Below are positions 35,337-46,923 of a DNA stretch of 64,000 nucleotides, in pieces. The DNA is from an uncultured delta proteobacterium. GTDB taxonomy: Bacteria > Myxococcota > Myxococcia > Myxococcales > Myxococcaceae. Numbering within the stretch: the first letter of the stretch is position 1; each line of letters opens with the position of its first letter. The stretch covers positions 32,001-96,000 of the forward strand of contig CAVQKE010000003.1 in assembly GCA_963713045.1 (NCBI GenBank). Direction: 5' to 3'. A model generated the notes under the pieces. That model was given only the letters and a program-made list of their open reading frames with translations. It did no database searches and was not told the DNA's origin. The position numbers were made by a program, and so were the translations under genes.

Positions 35337-38300
35337 TCAGATCCACGATCAGGCCGCCCACAATGACGATGGCGAACGGCCGCTGCGAATCCGAGCCGAT
35401 GGCGTGGGAGAGCGCGGCCGGCAGCAGGCCGAGCGTGGCCACCAGCATGGTCATCATGATGGGTCTGAGCCGCCGCACGGCGCCTTCGATGGCGGCATCT
35501 TCGATGGGATGGCCGCGCGCGCGCAACTGGTTGATGTACTCCACCATGATGACGCCGGTCTGAACCGAGACGCCGAACAGAGCCAGAAAGCCGACGCCCG
35601 ACGACACGCTGAAATGCGTGCCGGTGATGTACAGCGCCAGCAGTCCGCCGACGCGCGCCACGGCGACATTGACCAGATGCAGGCAGGCCCACTTGGCGGA
35701 GCCGAAAGCGCCGTAGATGATCAGGAAGATCAGAAAGACGGTCAGCGGCACGATGATCAGCAACGCGCCTCGGAGCGCTTCTGGCTCTCATACTCGCCCG
35801 CCCATTCGAGGCTGTAGCGGGGCGGCAGATTCACCTGCCTGCTTACTGCTTGCCATGGCCTCCTCCACTGTGCTGCCCAAGTCGCGGCCGCGCACGCTGT
35901 ACTTGATGGCGACGTAGCGCGAGTTGGCCTCGCGATAGAGCTGCGACGCGCCGTCCGCCATCTGGATTGTGCAAGCTGCGCCAGCGAAACCCGCTCGCCG
36001 GAAGGCGCCAGGAGGCGGATATTCTCGATGGCTTCCCTGGTATCGCGGTAGGCGGGCGAAGGTATCGCGCCACCAGATCGTAGCGCTGTTCGCCTTGCAG
36101 CACCTGGCTGACGGCGTTGCCGCCCACGGCGGTCTGGATGGCGTCCTGCACATCGGCGACGTTGATCTGGAAGCGGGCCGCGGCCTCGCGGTCCACGGTG
36201 AGGTTCAGGTTCGGCTGGCCGATCACGCGAAACAGGCCGAGGTCCGCGACTCCGCGGAATGGTCCGCATCACGTTGACGATCTCGTGCGCCTTTGTCTTC
36301 CAGCGTCTTGAGATCGTCGCCGTAAATCTTGATGGCAAGCTGTCCCTTGACGCCGCTGACGGCCTCTTCCATGTCGTCGGCGATCGGCTGCGAGAAGCCC
36401 CAGATTACGCCCGGGATCTTTTCCAGTTCGCCGATCCATGGCGGCGATCAGCGCTTCTTTGTTCTGATGGAATACGCGGCCGCCACTGCTCTTTGGGCTT
36501 CAGATCGACGAAGATATTCGGTGTTGAAGAAGCCGGCTGGTGTCGGTGCCGTCGTCCGGCCGGCCGACCTGCGAAACCACTTGCGTCACTTCCGGGAAGG
36601 AGGCGAAAGCGATGCGCGCGCGGTTCATCAGCACGGTGCCTTCGGTGGGGCCGGTGCTGGGCGCGGCGTACCGCGCACCCAGATGGCGCCTTCGTCGAGA
36701 TGCGGAAGAAACTCCGAGCCGATCACGCCGCTGGTCAGCAGATAGAGGCTGCAGCAGATGCGGCGACCGCCGCGCCGACCATCACCCAGCGATGATGCAC
36801 GGTCCAAGTGACAGCGCGCGCGATACCCCGCGGTGACCAGTCGAAGCACAGGGTTTTCCCATTCGCGAAGCTGCCTGCGGAACAGGAGCTCGCCAGCACG
36901 GGCGCGATCAAGCATCGAAAACAGCAGCGCGCCGAGCAGCGCGAACGCGACCGTCCAGGCCATGGGCCGGAAGAGCCGCCCTTCCACTCGCTGCAGCGTG
37001 AAGATGGGCAGGTACGCGGTGATGATGATCGTGATGGCGTAGAAGACCGGCCGCTGCACTTCGTGCGCGGCCTCGCGGATCCTGTCGCGCGATCGATTTA
37101 GCCGACGTTCTTCGCGACGGCACAGATGGCGGAGGATGTTTTCCACCATCACCACCGCGCCATCCACCACCATGCCGAAATCCAGCGCGCCCAGCGACAG
37201 CAGGTTGGCGGGGATTTGCCGAAGGTCGAGGCAGATGGAAGCGAACAGCAGCGAAAACGGAATGGTCAGCGCGACGATGAGCGCGCTGCGGAGATTGCCG
37301 AGGAACAGGAACAGAATGATCGGCGACCAGGATAAAGCCCTCGGTCAGGTTGTGCAGCACGGTGTGGGTGGTGTAGTGCACCAGGTCGCTGCGATCGAGA
37401 AACGGCACGATCTTCACGCCCGGCGGCAGGATGTGGTCGTTCAGCTCCTTGACTTTTCGTGGATCGCCTTCAGCGTGGGGTCCGCGTCGGCGCCTTTGCG
37501 CAAGCAGCACGATGCCTTCCACCACGTCGTCGTCGTCGATGATCTTGCCGTCCGCGCGCCGGATGGCTTTGCCGATCTGGCCCAGCCGGATCTTGGCGCC
37601 CTGCTCGACCGTGGCGATATCGCTGATGCGCAGCGGCGTTCCGTTCTGCGTCTTGAGGACAATCTTGCGGATGTCGTCCACGATTCCGAACCAGGCCGAC
37701 CGCGCGCACATTGACCTGCTGCAGTCCGGCCTCGACGAAGCTGCCGCCGCCATTGACGTTGTTGTTCGGCAAGCTGCTGCTTCCACCTGGCTCAGGCTGA
37801 GGCCGTAGGACACGAGCTTGTCGGGATCGATCCGCACCTGGTATTCGCGGGTGGTGCCGCCGAAGCTGGACACGTCCACTACGTCGGGCACCGACTTGAA
37901 CTGCTTCTCGAGCACCCAGTCCTCGAGCGACTTGAGCTCCATCAGGTCGTATTGCGGATTCGTGCTTTCGAGCGTGTACAAATAGATCTCGCCTACCGGG
38001 CTGAAGTCGGTCCCGATCTGCGGCTGCAGGCTGGCCGGCAGTTCGGCCTGCGACGAGCCGCTCCAGCACCTTCTGCCGGTTCCAGTCGTTGTCCGAATTC
38101 GTCGTCGAAAATCAGCATCAGGTTGGAAAGCCCGAACATGGAGATCGAGCGCAGATGCTCCAGGTGCGGGATGCCGTTCACGGCGATTTCGATCGGAATG
38201 GTGACTTGCTGTTCCACTTCTTCGGCGGCGCGTCCCGGCCACTGCGTGATGATCTGCACGTAGTTGTTGGCGACGTCGGGATAGGCTTCCACCGGCAGAT

Positions 38301-38399
38301 TGTGAAAGGAGATGACGCCCCAGATCAGCAGCAGCACGGCCGCCGCCAGAATCAGGAAGCCGGTTGTTGAGGGCAAAATCGACGATGGCTGCGAATCAT
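35260..38399 (-). CDS. CusA/CzcA-family heavy-metal efflux RND permease (many indels)
   Basis: LPVEAYPDV...QWPGRAAEEVEQQVTIPIE, DFGMVVDGAVVMVENI, EGRLFRPMAWTV, RLRPIMMTMLVATLGLLPAA...SQRPFAIVIVGG. Confidence 0.92.
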
Positions 38400-39579
38400 G
38401 TGGCTGTACCTACTGTTCGAACGTGTTCTGCAAGTACCAGCGCGTTGGCGACCACGCGGTCGCCGGGCCGGATGCCCGATAGGATCTCCTGCTGGCCGGG
38501 CGGGATCATCTTGCCGCTGCGGACTTCCACGCGGCGGAACGTGTTGCGCGCCCTGCGGCACATAGACCCAATCGCGATCGTGCAGGTGCAGGATGGCGGA
38601 GGCGGGCACGGCGGCGTGCGTCTCGCGTCTGCTGGCCGTGAAACGTGGCCTGTGACGAACATGCCCAGGCGCATCATCCCCGGATTCTCCACTTCGATGC
38701 GGACCTTGGCGGTGCGGATATTGGGGTCGAGAATCGGCTCCGATATTGCTGATGCGCCCGCTTGAGGACGCTGCTCGGATAGGCGTTCAGACGAATCTCG
38801 GCGTACTCGCCGAGGTGCACGAACGCCAGATCGTTCTCATACACGTCGCAGAGATCCAGACGTGCGACAGGTCGGAAATGGTGAACGCATTGGGCGATGC
38901 CGAGAGCCTTGCATGCCGGACGCGGCCGTCACCTGCTGATCCGTGATCACGCCCGAAACCGGCGCTAGAACATCGACGATTCCGCGTCGGATGGTCCTTA
39001 TCGGCCCCGAGCACGCGAAGATGTTCGATGGTGGTTTCCAGGTCGACCTTGGCCTTCGTCCTCGGCGTCTCTGCGCGACTTCCAGATCCTTCTGGGCGAT
39101 AGCGCCTTTGTCGTACAGGGCCTTCGACGCGATCCAGTTGCGCTTCGCGAGAGCTTGTTCATCGGCCAGGGCCTGCCGGTAATCGGAAAAGGCGTGCGCG
39201 ATGTCGGCGCTTTGCACGCTTGCATCAGAAGTTGGCCCTTGGTCACGTCGTCGCCCAGGCGCGCGTCGGATCTCCACGACGCGGCCGGAGGCCAGCGAGA
39301 TCACCGGAACGTTGCGCGAAACATCGGCGCTGACCACGCCGGTGACGTTCAGTTCGGGCGACTTGGTCGTGCCGTCGCGGCGGTGGCCACCGGGAACTGC
39401 TCCGGGCTGATCCACCTTCACGAGCGGTGCCGTCCTGTTCGATGCTCCACCTCGGCCGGCGGCGGCGTCCTCGGCGGAGGATCCTGGCGTCCGTCATTCT
39501 TGCTCGCGCAACCGCGCCAGCAGAATGGCGCAGCAGCAACAACGAGCAATCCGGCTCGAGATAAAACGATCTGCTTCAT
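38396..39579 (-). CDS. RND efflux periplasmic adaptor (CzcB/CusB-like; many indels)
   Basis: LNVTGVVSADVSRNVPVISLASGRVVEI, APVSGVITDQ, FTISDLSHVW and MRLGMFVT; ATGA overlap with the tolC-like gene. Confidence 0.88.
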
Positions 39580-40842
39580 GGAATGACCTCGCGTCCCACC
39601 GCCAAATTCAATTGGCTCGCGGCGGTCAGATAGGCGCCCACCAGGTTCAGATAGCTCAGTTGGATGCCGCGATAATCCTGCTGCGCCTGCAGGAAATCGA
39701 GCAGCGACGCCCCGCCGTGCTGATAGGAAAACGAGATCGTCTCGCGCACGCGCACGGCTTGTTGCAGATAGTCGTCCTTGTACGGGCGCAGCAGGGTCAG
39801 GTTGCTCTGCGAGCGTGGCGTAGGCCGAATCGACGTCGCTGAATACTTGCGCCCGGGTGGCATCGCCCAGCCGCTCATTGCGCCCGATGTCGAGTTGCGT
39901 GCGCAGCCTTTTCGCCCTGATTGCGGTCGAAAATGCGCAGCGGAATGTCACACTGACGCCGAAGATAGACCGGGATCGGCGGATCGCGGGCAAGTCCAAC
40001 GCCGAACGTGGGATCGGTGGAGCCGTTGGCGACCGCCAGCCGGTGATCGGTCTCGGCCTTATCCACGGCCTGCACGCGGCTCGCAGGTCCGGCCGGGTGT
40101 CGAGAGCAGTCTGCCGGAATTCCTCCAGCGGGATGGAGATCTCGGTCGAAATCGAACGGCCCGGTGACGTCGAACTGCTCGACCGGCGTGCGGTCGTTCA
40201 GCAGCGCCAGAAACTGGATTTTCGCCGTGCGCAGGTTCACCAAGGCGGTCTGCACGTCGGTTTCGTACTGCACGCGCTGCAACTCCAGCCGGTCGAGATC
40301 CACCTGCGCAATATCGCCGGCCTTGAAGCGGTCGCGGCTGACGTCGAGCAGGCGGTCGTAATAGGCGAGGTTCTCGCGCGTGACGGCCAGCACGCCGCTT
40401 TCTGCTGCAGCACCTGCACAAAGGCGGTGCGCAGATCAAAGAGCAGATTGCGCTCCTGGTCGGCTTGCTGGGAGACCGCGATCGCGGTGCCTTCGCGAGC
40501 GTCCTCAAGCCGCAATTCCCGCTTGTGCAGGCGCTCATGCAGGTAGCTTCCCGCTATGAGCGGCAAAGTGTTGCTCAACGGCTGATAGGGATGGCCGGTG
40601 AAGGGGTTCAACTGATCGATGGAAACGGTTAGATCGGGGTTAGGACGAAGGAAGGCCGTGACCTCCTGGGCTCGCGATTCCTGAATTCCGATTTCGCCGG
40701 CCTGAAGAGTGGGATTGGAAGCCTTCAGCGCGCGCTTGGCGTCTTCCCAAGTCAACGTTGTCTGCGCGTACACTCCGGTTGTCAAGACAGCGGTTAGGAG
40801 AAGCTCCAGCGCCAGACGCGAACTGGTTGAGCGGATCCGCAT
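39576..40842 (-). CDS. TolC/CzcC-family outer membrane efflux protein (indels)
   Basis: Signal peptide; TAFLRPNP, HERLHKRELRL, RFKAGDIAQVDLDRLELQR, PLRIFDRNQGE, SYQHGGASLLDFL. Confidence 0.9.
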
Positions 40843-40915
40843 GCGGGGCCTGTCCGCTCAGATGAGTTCGATGGTGACGCGGTGTAAAAAAATATCTCCA
40901 ACGGCCGCGTCCCGG

Positions 40916-42163
40916 TTACCCAGCGTGATCAGCCTGAAGTGCAGCCGGCCGCCTCTCCGCCCTGCGTCGGCGCCCGCCATTGCGAAACCAGCGTAACAGC
41001 TCGCAAACGTCCGCGATTGGCATCAGAAAAAAGGGCACTGGATCGTCAAGGGCGAAGCACGCCGATTCCTCGATGCCCCGCAGGGATCGCACCCAGTCTT
41101 TCATGCAGATCGCATTGTCACGCCACGAACGAAGTGCCGAGACCAGGTCAAAGTCCTCGACGATCCATTTGCGTCCTTCCGTGGCTTCTGAGCGGGGGAC
41201 AGCCTGGCCGGTCAAGTTCAGGTACAGCGCGCGAGCCGCATCCATGCCGTCGGAAGCCGATAGCAAGCGGAATGTGCAGCCAATGCGGGGATTAACATCC
41301 AATACTTTGTACTGCCCGTCGCGCTGGTCATAGCGGTAACCGATGTCGAGAATTCCGCGATATCCGATGGCCTGCATAAACGCGATGGTCGTCCGCTCTA
41401 CAGCTTTGTTCCGAAGACAGACTCCCAGACTGGTTACGCCGGTTTGCACTGGAAAGCGCCGCAGCTTCTTTCCGGTAACTCCGAAGAGGCATCGAGAGTC
41501 TCCATCGAAATACCCGTCGAACATCCAGTCCTCGCCGGGAATGAACTCTTGCAGCATGAGGCCGGAGCCATTCGGATGTTCCGCCTTGGCGTACAGATCC
41601 AGAAGCTCGCTGCGAGTCCGGACGACGAATTTCGTGCCGCCCAGGCGTGCGCGCAGGCGTTCGGCGTCGGTGGCTTTGACCATGATCGGAAAAACGGCCG
41701 TATCCAGGAACCGCTCAACATCCTGCCTGCACGTTGGGACGGTGGACTGGGCCGTGGGCACGCCGCTTTTTCGGGCGAGCTCCTGCATCCGGCTCTTGTC
41801 GCAGAGCGAACGAATCAGAGCTGCTTCCTGAGGCGGAAAGCAAAAAGCCTGACGCAACGTTTCTGCGTGATCGGCCACCCACATTGCGCCGTGATCCGTG
41901 GTGGGGATCAGAATCGGATGGCCACCGAGCTTCCGCCCGATCTCCAGCAATTGATCCACAGACCCGCAGTCCGGGTTGTCCTCAGCCTTGAGAACAAATC
42001 GGCCACGGCAGTATCGCGAGCTGAACGCTGGCTCCCAGCGGTCGGCGTCAACGCAAAACACCGGCACGCCGAGGCGGCCGAGACTGCGGACAATGCCCAG
42101 GCCACCGTGATGACCGGATCGGAAGACGACTACCGGCTTTGTGGCGCTCTTGAATTTGTTCAT
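40916..42163 (-). CDS. ATP-grasp carboxylate-amine ligase (D-aspartate-ligase-like family)
   Basis: GLGIVRSLGRLGVPV, SRYC, LIPTTD, DKSRM, FPIMVKA, MLQEFIPG, KKLRRFP, YRYDQRDGQYKVLDVNPR. Confidence 0.9.
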   Translation of the reverse strand: MNKFKSATKPVVVFRSGHHGGLGIVRSLGRLGVPVFCVDADRWEPAFSSRYCRGRFVLKAEDNPDCGSVDQLLEIGRKLGGHPILIPTTDHGAMWVADHAETLRQAFCFPPQEAALIRSLCDKSRMQELARKSGVPTAQSTVPTCRQDVERFLDTAVFPIMVKATDAERLRARLGGTKFVVRTRSELLDLYAKAEHPNGSGLMLQEFIPGEDWMFDGYFDGDSRCLFGVTGKKLRRFPVQTGVTSLGVCLRNKAVERTTIAFMQAIGYRGILDIGYRYDQRDGQYKVLDVNPRIGCTFRLLSASDGMDAARALYLNLTGQAVPRSEATEGRKWIVEDFDLVSALRSWRDNAICMKDWVRSLRGIEESACFALDDPVPFFLMPIADVCELLRWFRNGGRRRRAERRPAALQADHAG

Positions 42164-42190
42164 TGAGAAAACTCGCGCGCTGCGCCGCAG

Positions 42191-42943
42191 TCAGGTTTGG
42201 AGTGCGTCCGCTGCTACAGGTTGCAGCGCACGGTCCGCGGCAAGCATTTTCACTTCGCCATGGCGAACCGCGAAGACCGCTTGGAGATCGTCGATGTGGG
42301 CGAGAATAAAATCTAAGTCGTTCAGACGGCCGGTCCGTTTCAGGAAATCGACGCTACGGCTGCAAAGACACGCGTCCGGGGTTGCGTCGCGCCAGCGGTC
42401 CGCGACGGTTTGGGTCTGGCGATTCTCGGCCAAGTATCCTTTGCGCATGAGCCCCGCGGCGATCCAGGCGCAACAGATCTGGTCCTCCTCGCGAAACTCG
42501 CCCTTACTGCCGGCGCCAACAACCGCTACGCGAGGGTGACGAATACTCAAATAGCCGGGAAGCGCGGAGTAATTGCGATAGCAACCCAAGTAGACGGCTT
42601 CACATCCGATCGCTTCGTGGATGGCTCTGGTTCCCGAGGATGAAACGAGAACCAGAGGACGATAAGTGTCACTGCGGCTCGCCATCTGTGCCGGACTGTT
42701 GTCCATTTCGAATCCAGGAAGAAGCTCGCCGCTGGACTCGCCGGCAAGCAAGGGCGTGTCGATGTATCGCGCTAGAGATCGAGCAGCTTCCACGCTGGGA
42801 GCCGGAAAACAGCGGCGTCCGGAAACAACCGCCGTGATCGCGGTTGTGGTGGCTCGAATGACATCCACCACGACAACTGCCCAACCCGGACGATAACGGC
42901 AGACGCTCTCAGGCAAATAGTCGATGACAACTCTTCTTTTCAT
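42191..42943 (-). CDS. comB: 2-phosphosulfolactate phosphatase
   Basis: VVVVDVIRATTT, LLAGE..G..LPGFEMDNSP, SSSGTRAI and FREEDQICCA fit the ComB family pattern. Confidence 0.88.
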   Translation of the reverse strand: MKRRVVIDYLPESVCRYRPGWAVVVVDVIRATTTAITAVVSGRRCFPAPSVEAARSLARYIDTPLLAGESSGELLPGFEMDNSPAQMASRSDTYRPLVLVSSSGTRAIHEAIGCEAVYLGCYRNYSALPGYLSIRHPRVAVVGAGSKGEFREEDQICCAWIAAGLMRKGYLAENRQTQTVADRWRDATPDACLCSRSVDFLKRTGRLNDLDFILAHIDDLQAVFAVRHGEVKMLAADRALQPVAADALQT

Positions 42944-42956
42944 CGGAGCTCCTCGA

Positions 42957-43781
42957 TCAAGAGACGAGAACGGCCGGAGGCGACACAATCGCCGGGCGGA
43001 GATTCTCTTTGGAGAACGCGTCGGAATGCAATCCGCGCCTGTAGATCTCGACTCGCAGCATCTCCTCGAGCCTGACGTTACACAGCTTCACTTCGGGCCC
43101 GAAGTGATCGAGCAGCGCAAATTGACTGGGCTTATTGGGCGCCTCAAAGCTCACGACCTCCAGGCCGAATTCCTTGGCGAAGCGATCCGCAAGCTCCGCG
43201 CTGAAATCGCCGTTCTCGTCGAACAAGCCAACTCCTTTCGCGCTCTCACGCGCCTCCACCACTAATTCTTGGGCTCCCGCCTCCAACCAGCGGCAACCTT
43301 GCTCAATGAGCTTCGCCGTCGTGTCGGTGTTGAACGCGCCAGTGTGCTTCTTGCCGAGCTCGAACTGAACTTCGAGGCCTCTCGATCGCGTCATCTTGAG
43401 CACCTCCCGCGCGCTGAGCGGCATGTCCGTAAAACCCTCGCCACATTCGATGCGTGTGAAGCCAATGTCTGCGCACAGATCCAGGTAGGCGGGTAAGCGT
43501 TTTTGCGCCACGGCGATTTCAAACGGACCGCCGCCAGTTACGCTAGGCACGCCGTGCCGGGATGCAGAAGCGACCTTTTTGCGCGTAGCGTCTTCGTTTG
43601 CCACCATCCAGCAAGCCATGGATACCTTCAGGATCTGCATCAAGTGCGCACTCTGCTCCAAGTGGCTTTCCAGTGTGGCCGGATCATAACCGGGGTCAAA
43701 CGGACTGAGCAGCGGAGGCAAGTCTCGCACTCCGATGAGTTTCAAATAATCGCGGGTGTGATGATTGTTATTGGCTGTCAC
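42957..43781 (-). CDS. comA: Phosphosulfolactate synthase
   Basis: DPG, LKVS, TGGGPFEIA, IECGEGF, FELGKK (catalytic Lys region), VVEARES, FEAPNKPSQ, FGPEVKLCNV and EIYRRGLHSDAF fit the ComA TIM-barrel pattern. Confidence 0.9.
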   Translation of the reverse strand: MTANNNHHTRDYLKLIGVRDLPPLLSPFDPGYDPATLESHLEQSAHLMQILKVSMACWMVANEDATRKKVASASRHGVPSVTGGGPFEIAVAQKRLPAYLDLCADIGFTRIECGEGFTDMPLSAREVLKMTRSRGLEVQFELGKKHTGAFNTDTTAKLIEQGCRWLEAGAQELVVEARESAKGVGLFDENGDFSAELADRFAKEFGLEVVSFEAPNKPSQFALLDHFGPEVKLCNVRLEEMLRVEIYRRGLHSDAFSKENLRPAIVSPPAVLVS

Positions 43782-43831
43782 GGCACTTTCCTTTCTTTGA
43801 GCGGCGGCGCAGGGTCTTAGACAGTAAAACC

Positions 43832-44809
43832 TCAGAGGCTGAAAGCCCGCTCGGCTCGCGATGCTACCTCTCCGACGGTGAGAACTTCAATGTCCCCGTT
43901 GCATCGTGCCCGATCCAGACGCTCCAGCATCTCTTCGAATACCGAAAAGCCCTGATCGGACTCGGCCAGATTCTCCGGATGAAGGCAGAAGTGAAACACT
44001 CCGCGGTGGCGCGCCGCGACTTCCAGACCGCGGGCGAAGCGGTGGATCCTCGAGCGCAGCGGCAGAACTCTGGTTCGCGACCTTCCGATCGGATACAGAA
44101 ACAGAGACGATGGAATGTTCCAGAGGCGAGGTAGTATCTGGCGCGGCCAAACGGGAGGAGGGGCAGCGCTCCGAAATTCATCGAGGGCCCGGAGCAGTGC
44201 TCCCGGAACTGTCCGCCCAAGTTCGCAAGCGAGCACCGGCGTCCGGCCTCGGAAGCAGCGGATACCGTGCGCCGGAAGCAACCGATGATAAGCTTCTTGC
44301 TCGCGGCCAAACGAAAACGAAAGCGGCTGCACCGAAGACTGCTGGAGCGCCTTGATCCCTTCCGCGAGTTCCCACTTAACGACGTCCGCCGTCGCGCGCG
44401 CGTCGGTCCAGATGAAGTGAGTCAACCCGCCGTGCAGTCCGATTTCTTGATGCGGGCGCGCATCGCGCAAGCGCTGGATGAATGAATGCCGGTACCACAG
44501 CGGCGCAGTTGTCGCGCGGGTGCCGGGAATGGACGCGGTCCAGTCGGATGGCAAACCCGCCATTCGGCGATCCTGCGATCCCTGACTGTTGGCGAGCGTC
44601 ATGCCGCCCACCACAAACCAGGTTGCGCTGATACGAGCGGAGCAGAGACACGAAAGAAGCTTCTCGTGCGCTTCCACCGCGCCGGGGTAGCGCAGCTGAA
44701 ATCGAGGTTCGTTGAGTCGGTCGAAATAACCCCACATCTGCTCGATATCGAACGAAAGAATTGCAACGCCGCGATCGAACAATTTGAAGACGCTCTGTTG
44801 AACAGCCAT
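43832..44809 (-). CDS. Polysaccharide deacetylase (CE4/NodB-like) family protein
   Basis: ILSFDIEQMWG, ATWFVVG, HQEIGLHGGLTH, FHFCLHPENL. Confidence 0.85.
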   Translation of the reverse strand: MAVQQSVFKLFDRGVAILSFDIEQMWGYFDRLNEPRFQLRYPGAVEAHEKLLSCLCSARISATWFVVGGMTLANSQGSQDRRMAGLPSDWTASIPGTRATTAPLWYRHSFIQRLRDARPHQEIGLHGGLTHFIWTDARATADVVKWELAEGIKALQQSSVQPLSFSFGREQEAYHRLLPAHGIRCFRGRTPVLACELGRTVPGALLRALDEFRSAAPPPVWPRQILPRLWNIPSSLFLYPIGRSRTRVLPLRSRIHRFARGLEVAARHRGVFHFCLHPENLAESDQGFSVFEEMLERLDRARCNGDIEVLTVGEVASRAERAFSL

Positions 44810-44812
44810 CTG

Positions 44813-46051
44813 TCACGCCCCGATCACGTCCAGCACGTCTGTCTGTTCGAACCGGCGCGCAGGCTGCGTCTTTCGGCAGGCTCGCAAACTGGAGCGAAAA
44901 ACCTGAGCAACGCGGTCAATATCCCGCGAGCGAAGCGCTGCATAGTTGGGAATGGTAATCAGGCGTTCAGCCACAGCCTCGGCCACGGGACAATCTCCGC
45001 GATATCCGAAAAGCCGGCACTGTTTGACCACATCCGAATAGATGGTGGAGGTATCGACGAATTTATCCCACATGGCCTTCCTTACTGCGTCACGTTCGGC
45101 GCTGCTTTGCAACACCACGGGGAAGAGATGATAGTTATACCGTGCACCGGGCCGCTCGGTAGGAAGAACGACGTTCCTTACGTCGCCCACCTCCGCCAGG
45201 AGCCGAAGACTGTTGGCACGCTGTGCCCTCACCCTTTGGCGAAATCGCAAAGCCTGCCGGCACGCTACTACGGCGTACGGGCGAGGGATCGCAGAGAGGT
45301 CCAGGGTTGGTTCCAGGAGAGCCCACTGCTCGGCCCATCGGCGCAACGGTTTTCCGACAAGCCCGTAGAGGCGTCTGTTGAAAACTGCTGCTTTCGCGCT
45401 TTGAAGAATGAGGTAAAGTAGCTCGCGCGCGTGCGAAGGCGGCGAGAGAGCTGAAGCCACCCGGGCGAATTTCTGTGCGAGCATCGCATCGTGGATGACG
45501 GCCAGCCCTCCGCCACCCGCCGGCCAGTACTTGGTGGATGCAAAACTGTAGAACGAAGCGGATCCAAAGCTGCCGGCCATCGAGCCGTTCAAGAAGCTAA
45601 GAGGCGCATGAGCCGCATCCTCGATTAAGAGCTTGCCCCCGGAAGCAAGCATGAGGGCCGGCAAATCGGCCATTTGTCCGAACAAGTGCACAACGATGAC
45701 CGCGGCAAAACGTCCGCGCGCGGCCAGCAGGGACTTGGGATCCATGGTCAGATATCGCGGCTCGATATCGATGAAGATTGGCCGATGCCCCGCGGCTACG
45801 ATCGCACTCACCAGCGAGGGATCGGTAAACAGCGGGAGGGCAACACCTGACTGCGGCTTTAAATCGAGGGCCGTAAGCAGAAGCCAAAGCGCCTGCCTGC
45901 CGCTGCGAGTCCAGAATTTTGGGCTGTCGCCGAGCAAATCGAATGCCGGAGGCGGTGTTTGTCCAACAATAGAGCGCAGTCCAGCGGCGCCGTCGGATAG
46001 CGTATACGGTAGTGCGAATCGGGGAATCGCCAAGAATCGGGAGGGTGTCAT
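44813..46051 (-). CDS. DegT/DnrJ/EryC1/StrS PLP-dependent aminotransferase (second, divergent copy)
   Basis: SGRQAL, VVHLFGQMAD, IEDAAHA, FYSFASTKYWPAGGGG (PLP Lys), CPVAEAVAERLITIP. Confidence 0.88.
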   Translation of the reverse strand: MTPSRFLAIPRFALPYTLSDGAAGLRSIVGQTPPPAFDLLGDSPKFWTRSGRQALWLLLTALDLKPQSGVALPLFTDPSLVSAIVAAGHRPIFIDIEPRYLTMDPKSLLAARGRFAAVIVVHLFGQMADLPALMLASGGKLLIEDAAHAPLSFLNGSMAGSFGSASFYSFASTKYWPAGGGGLAVIHDAMLAQKFARVASALSPPSHARELLYLILQSAKAAVFNRRLYGLVGKPLRRWAEQWALLEPTLDLSAIPRPYAVVACRQALRFRQRVRAQRANSLRLLAEVGDVRNVVLPTERPGARYNYHLFPVVLQSSAERDAVRKAMWDKFVDTSTIYSDVVKQCRLFGYRGDCPVAEAVAERLITIPNYAALRSRDIDRVAQVFRSSLRACRKTQPARRFEQTDVLDVIGA

Positions 46052-46923
46052 GATTTCCTCGCGCCGGAGACTCGCGCGCCCTCAAGCACAGTCTGAAAGA
46101 TCTCGATTTGCTGGGAATCCGGACGAACCCGCCGCGCCCAGCGTAGCGCGGTCCTCGCCACCGGTCGATTGAGCAAAGCGTCGAGAATCGGCAAGAGCTG
46201 AATCGCAGACAGATGAGGCGTCATTTCGTAGCCGAAACGCAGCTTGTACTCATGCAGGCCGTCGGCGGAGAACAGGGGAAAATAGCCGTAGCAAACCTGC
46301 TCGATGGAAGCGTCGTCGGCGGCCTCCTTGGTCACGGTATAGGTTAGTAAATGATTGGGGAAGTCAGGCAGATCCTCCTGGCGCGACATCTGATGCAGGA
46401 TGTGCAGCCATTTTTCTTCGCGGCAGGTGATCATATACGCCGCCAGGCGCTTTCCAGAAAACGCGGCCGGGACGGAAATCTCCGGAGAGGCGAACGCCGC
46501 TTCCACCAATCGCGCCCAACGGCGCGGTTCTCCGAATTCAGGGTCGTATCGTTGCTGGCGCGCCATCGTACTGATGTTGAGCTCCCGGCCCTGCTGCAAC
46601 AGCTCGCTCTTTTTTGCCCGCCTCACTTCGAAGCGTTGCAAAGCGTGCCGGACTCGCGGGCGATGTTTGGCGTGCAGCAAAGCCAGATCATACGCGCAAT
46701 TCCGCATCACGTACAGTCCACTGTCAAGTCCGCTCCAAGTTAGGGACGGGAACCGCGCGCCGAGGGCTCCCGCGTCCCGAATTGCACGATTCAGTTCAGC
46801 CGGATCCGGGTTGAGCATGGCTTGATACGGCAGACTCATCAGGAACCGTCCCGGCGCCATATACCAAACGCTTCCGCAAGCCTCAGTGACGCGACGGCCC
46901 CGTAGCGCCATAAATCGCGCCAT
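46048..46923 (-). CDS. GNAT-fold/FemAB-like acyl- or aminoacyl-transferase
   Basis: KHRPRVRHALQRFEVR, AFSGKRLAAY, FPNHLL and GLHEYKLRFGY are typical of Fem/GNAT proteins in polysaccharide loci. 4-bp overlap with the next gene. Confidence 0.7.
   Translation of the reverse strand: MARFMALRGRRVTEACGSVWYMAPGRFLMSLPYQAMLNPDPAELNRAIRDAGALGARFPSLTWSGLDSGLYVMRNCAYDLALLHAKHRPRVRHALQRFEVRRAKKSELLQQGRELNISTMARQQRYDPEFGEPRRWARLVEAAFASPEISVPAAFSGKRLAAYMITCREEKWLHILHQMSRQEDLPDFPNHLLTYTVTKEAADDASIEQVCYGYFPLFSADGLHEYKLRFGYEMTPHLSAIQLLPILDALLNRPVARTALRWARRVRPDSQQIEIFQTVLEGARVSGARKS

Noticed and set aside
42191..43781. Coenzyme M biosynthesis or methanogen-like metabolism
   Set aside because: No comC or comDE and no CoM-using genes in the window; the context is a polysaccharide operon.
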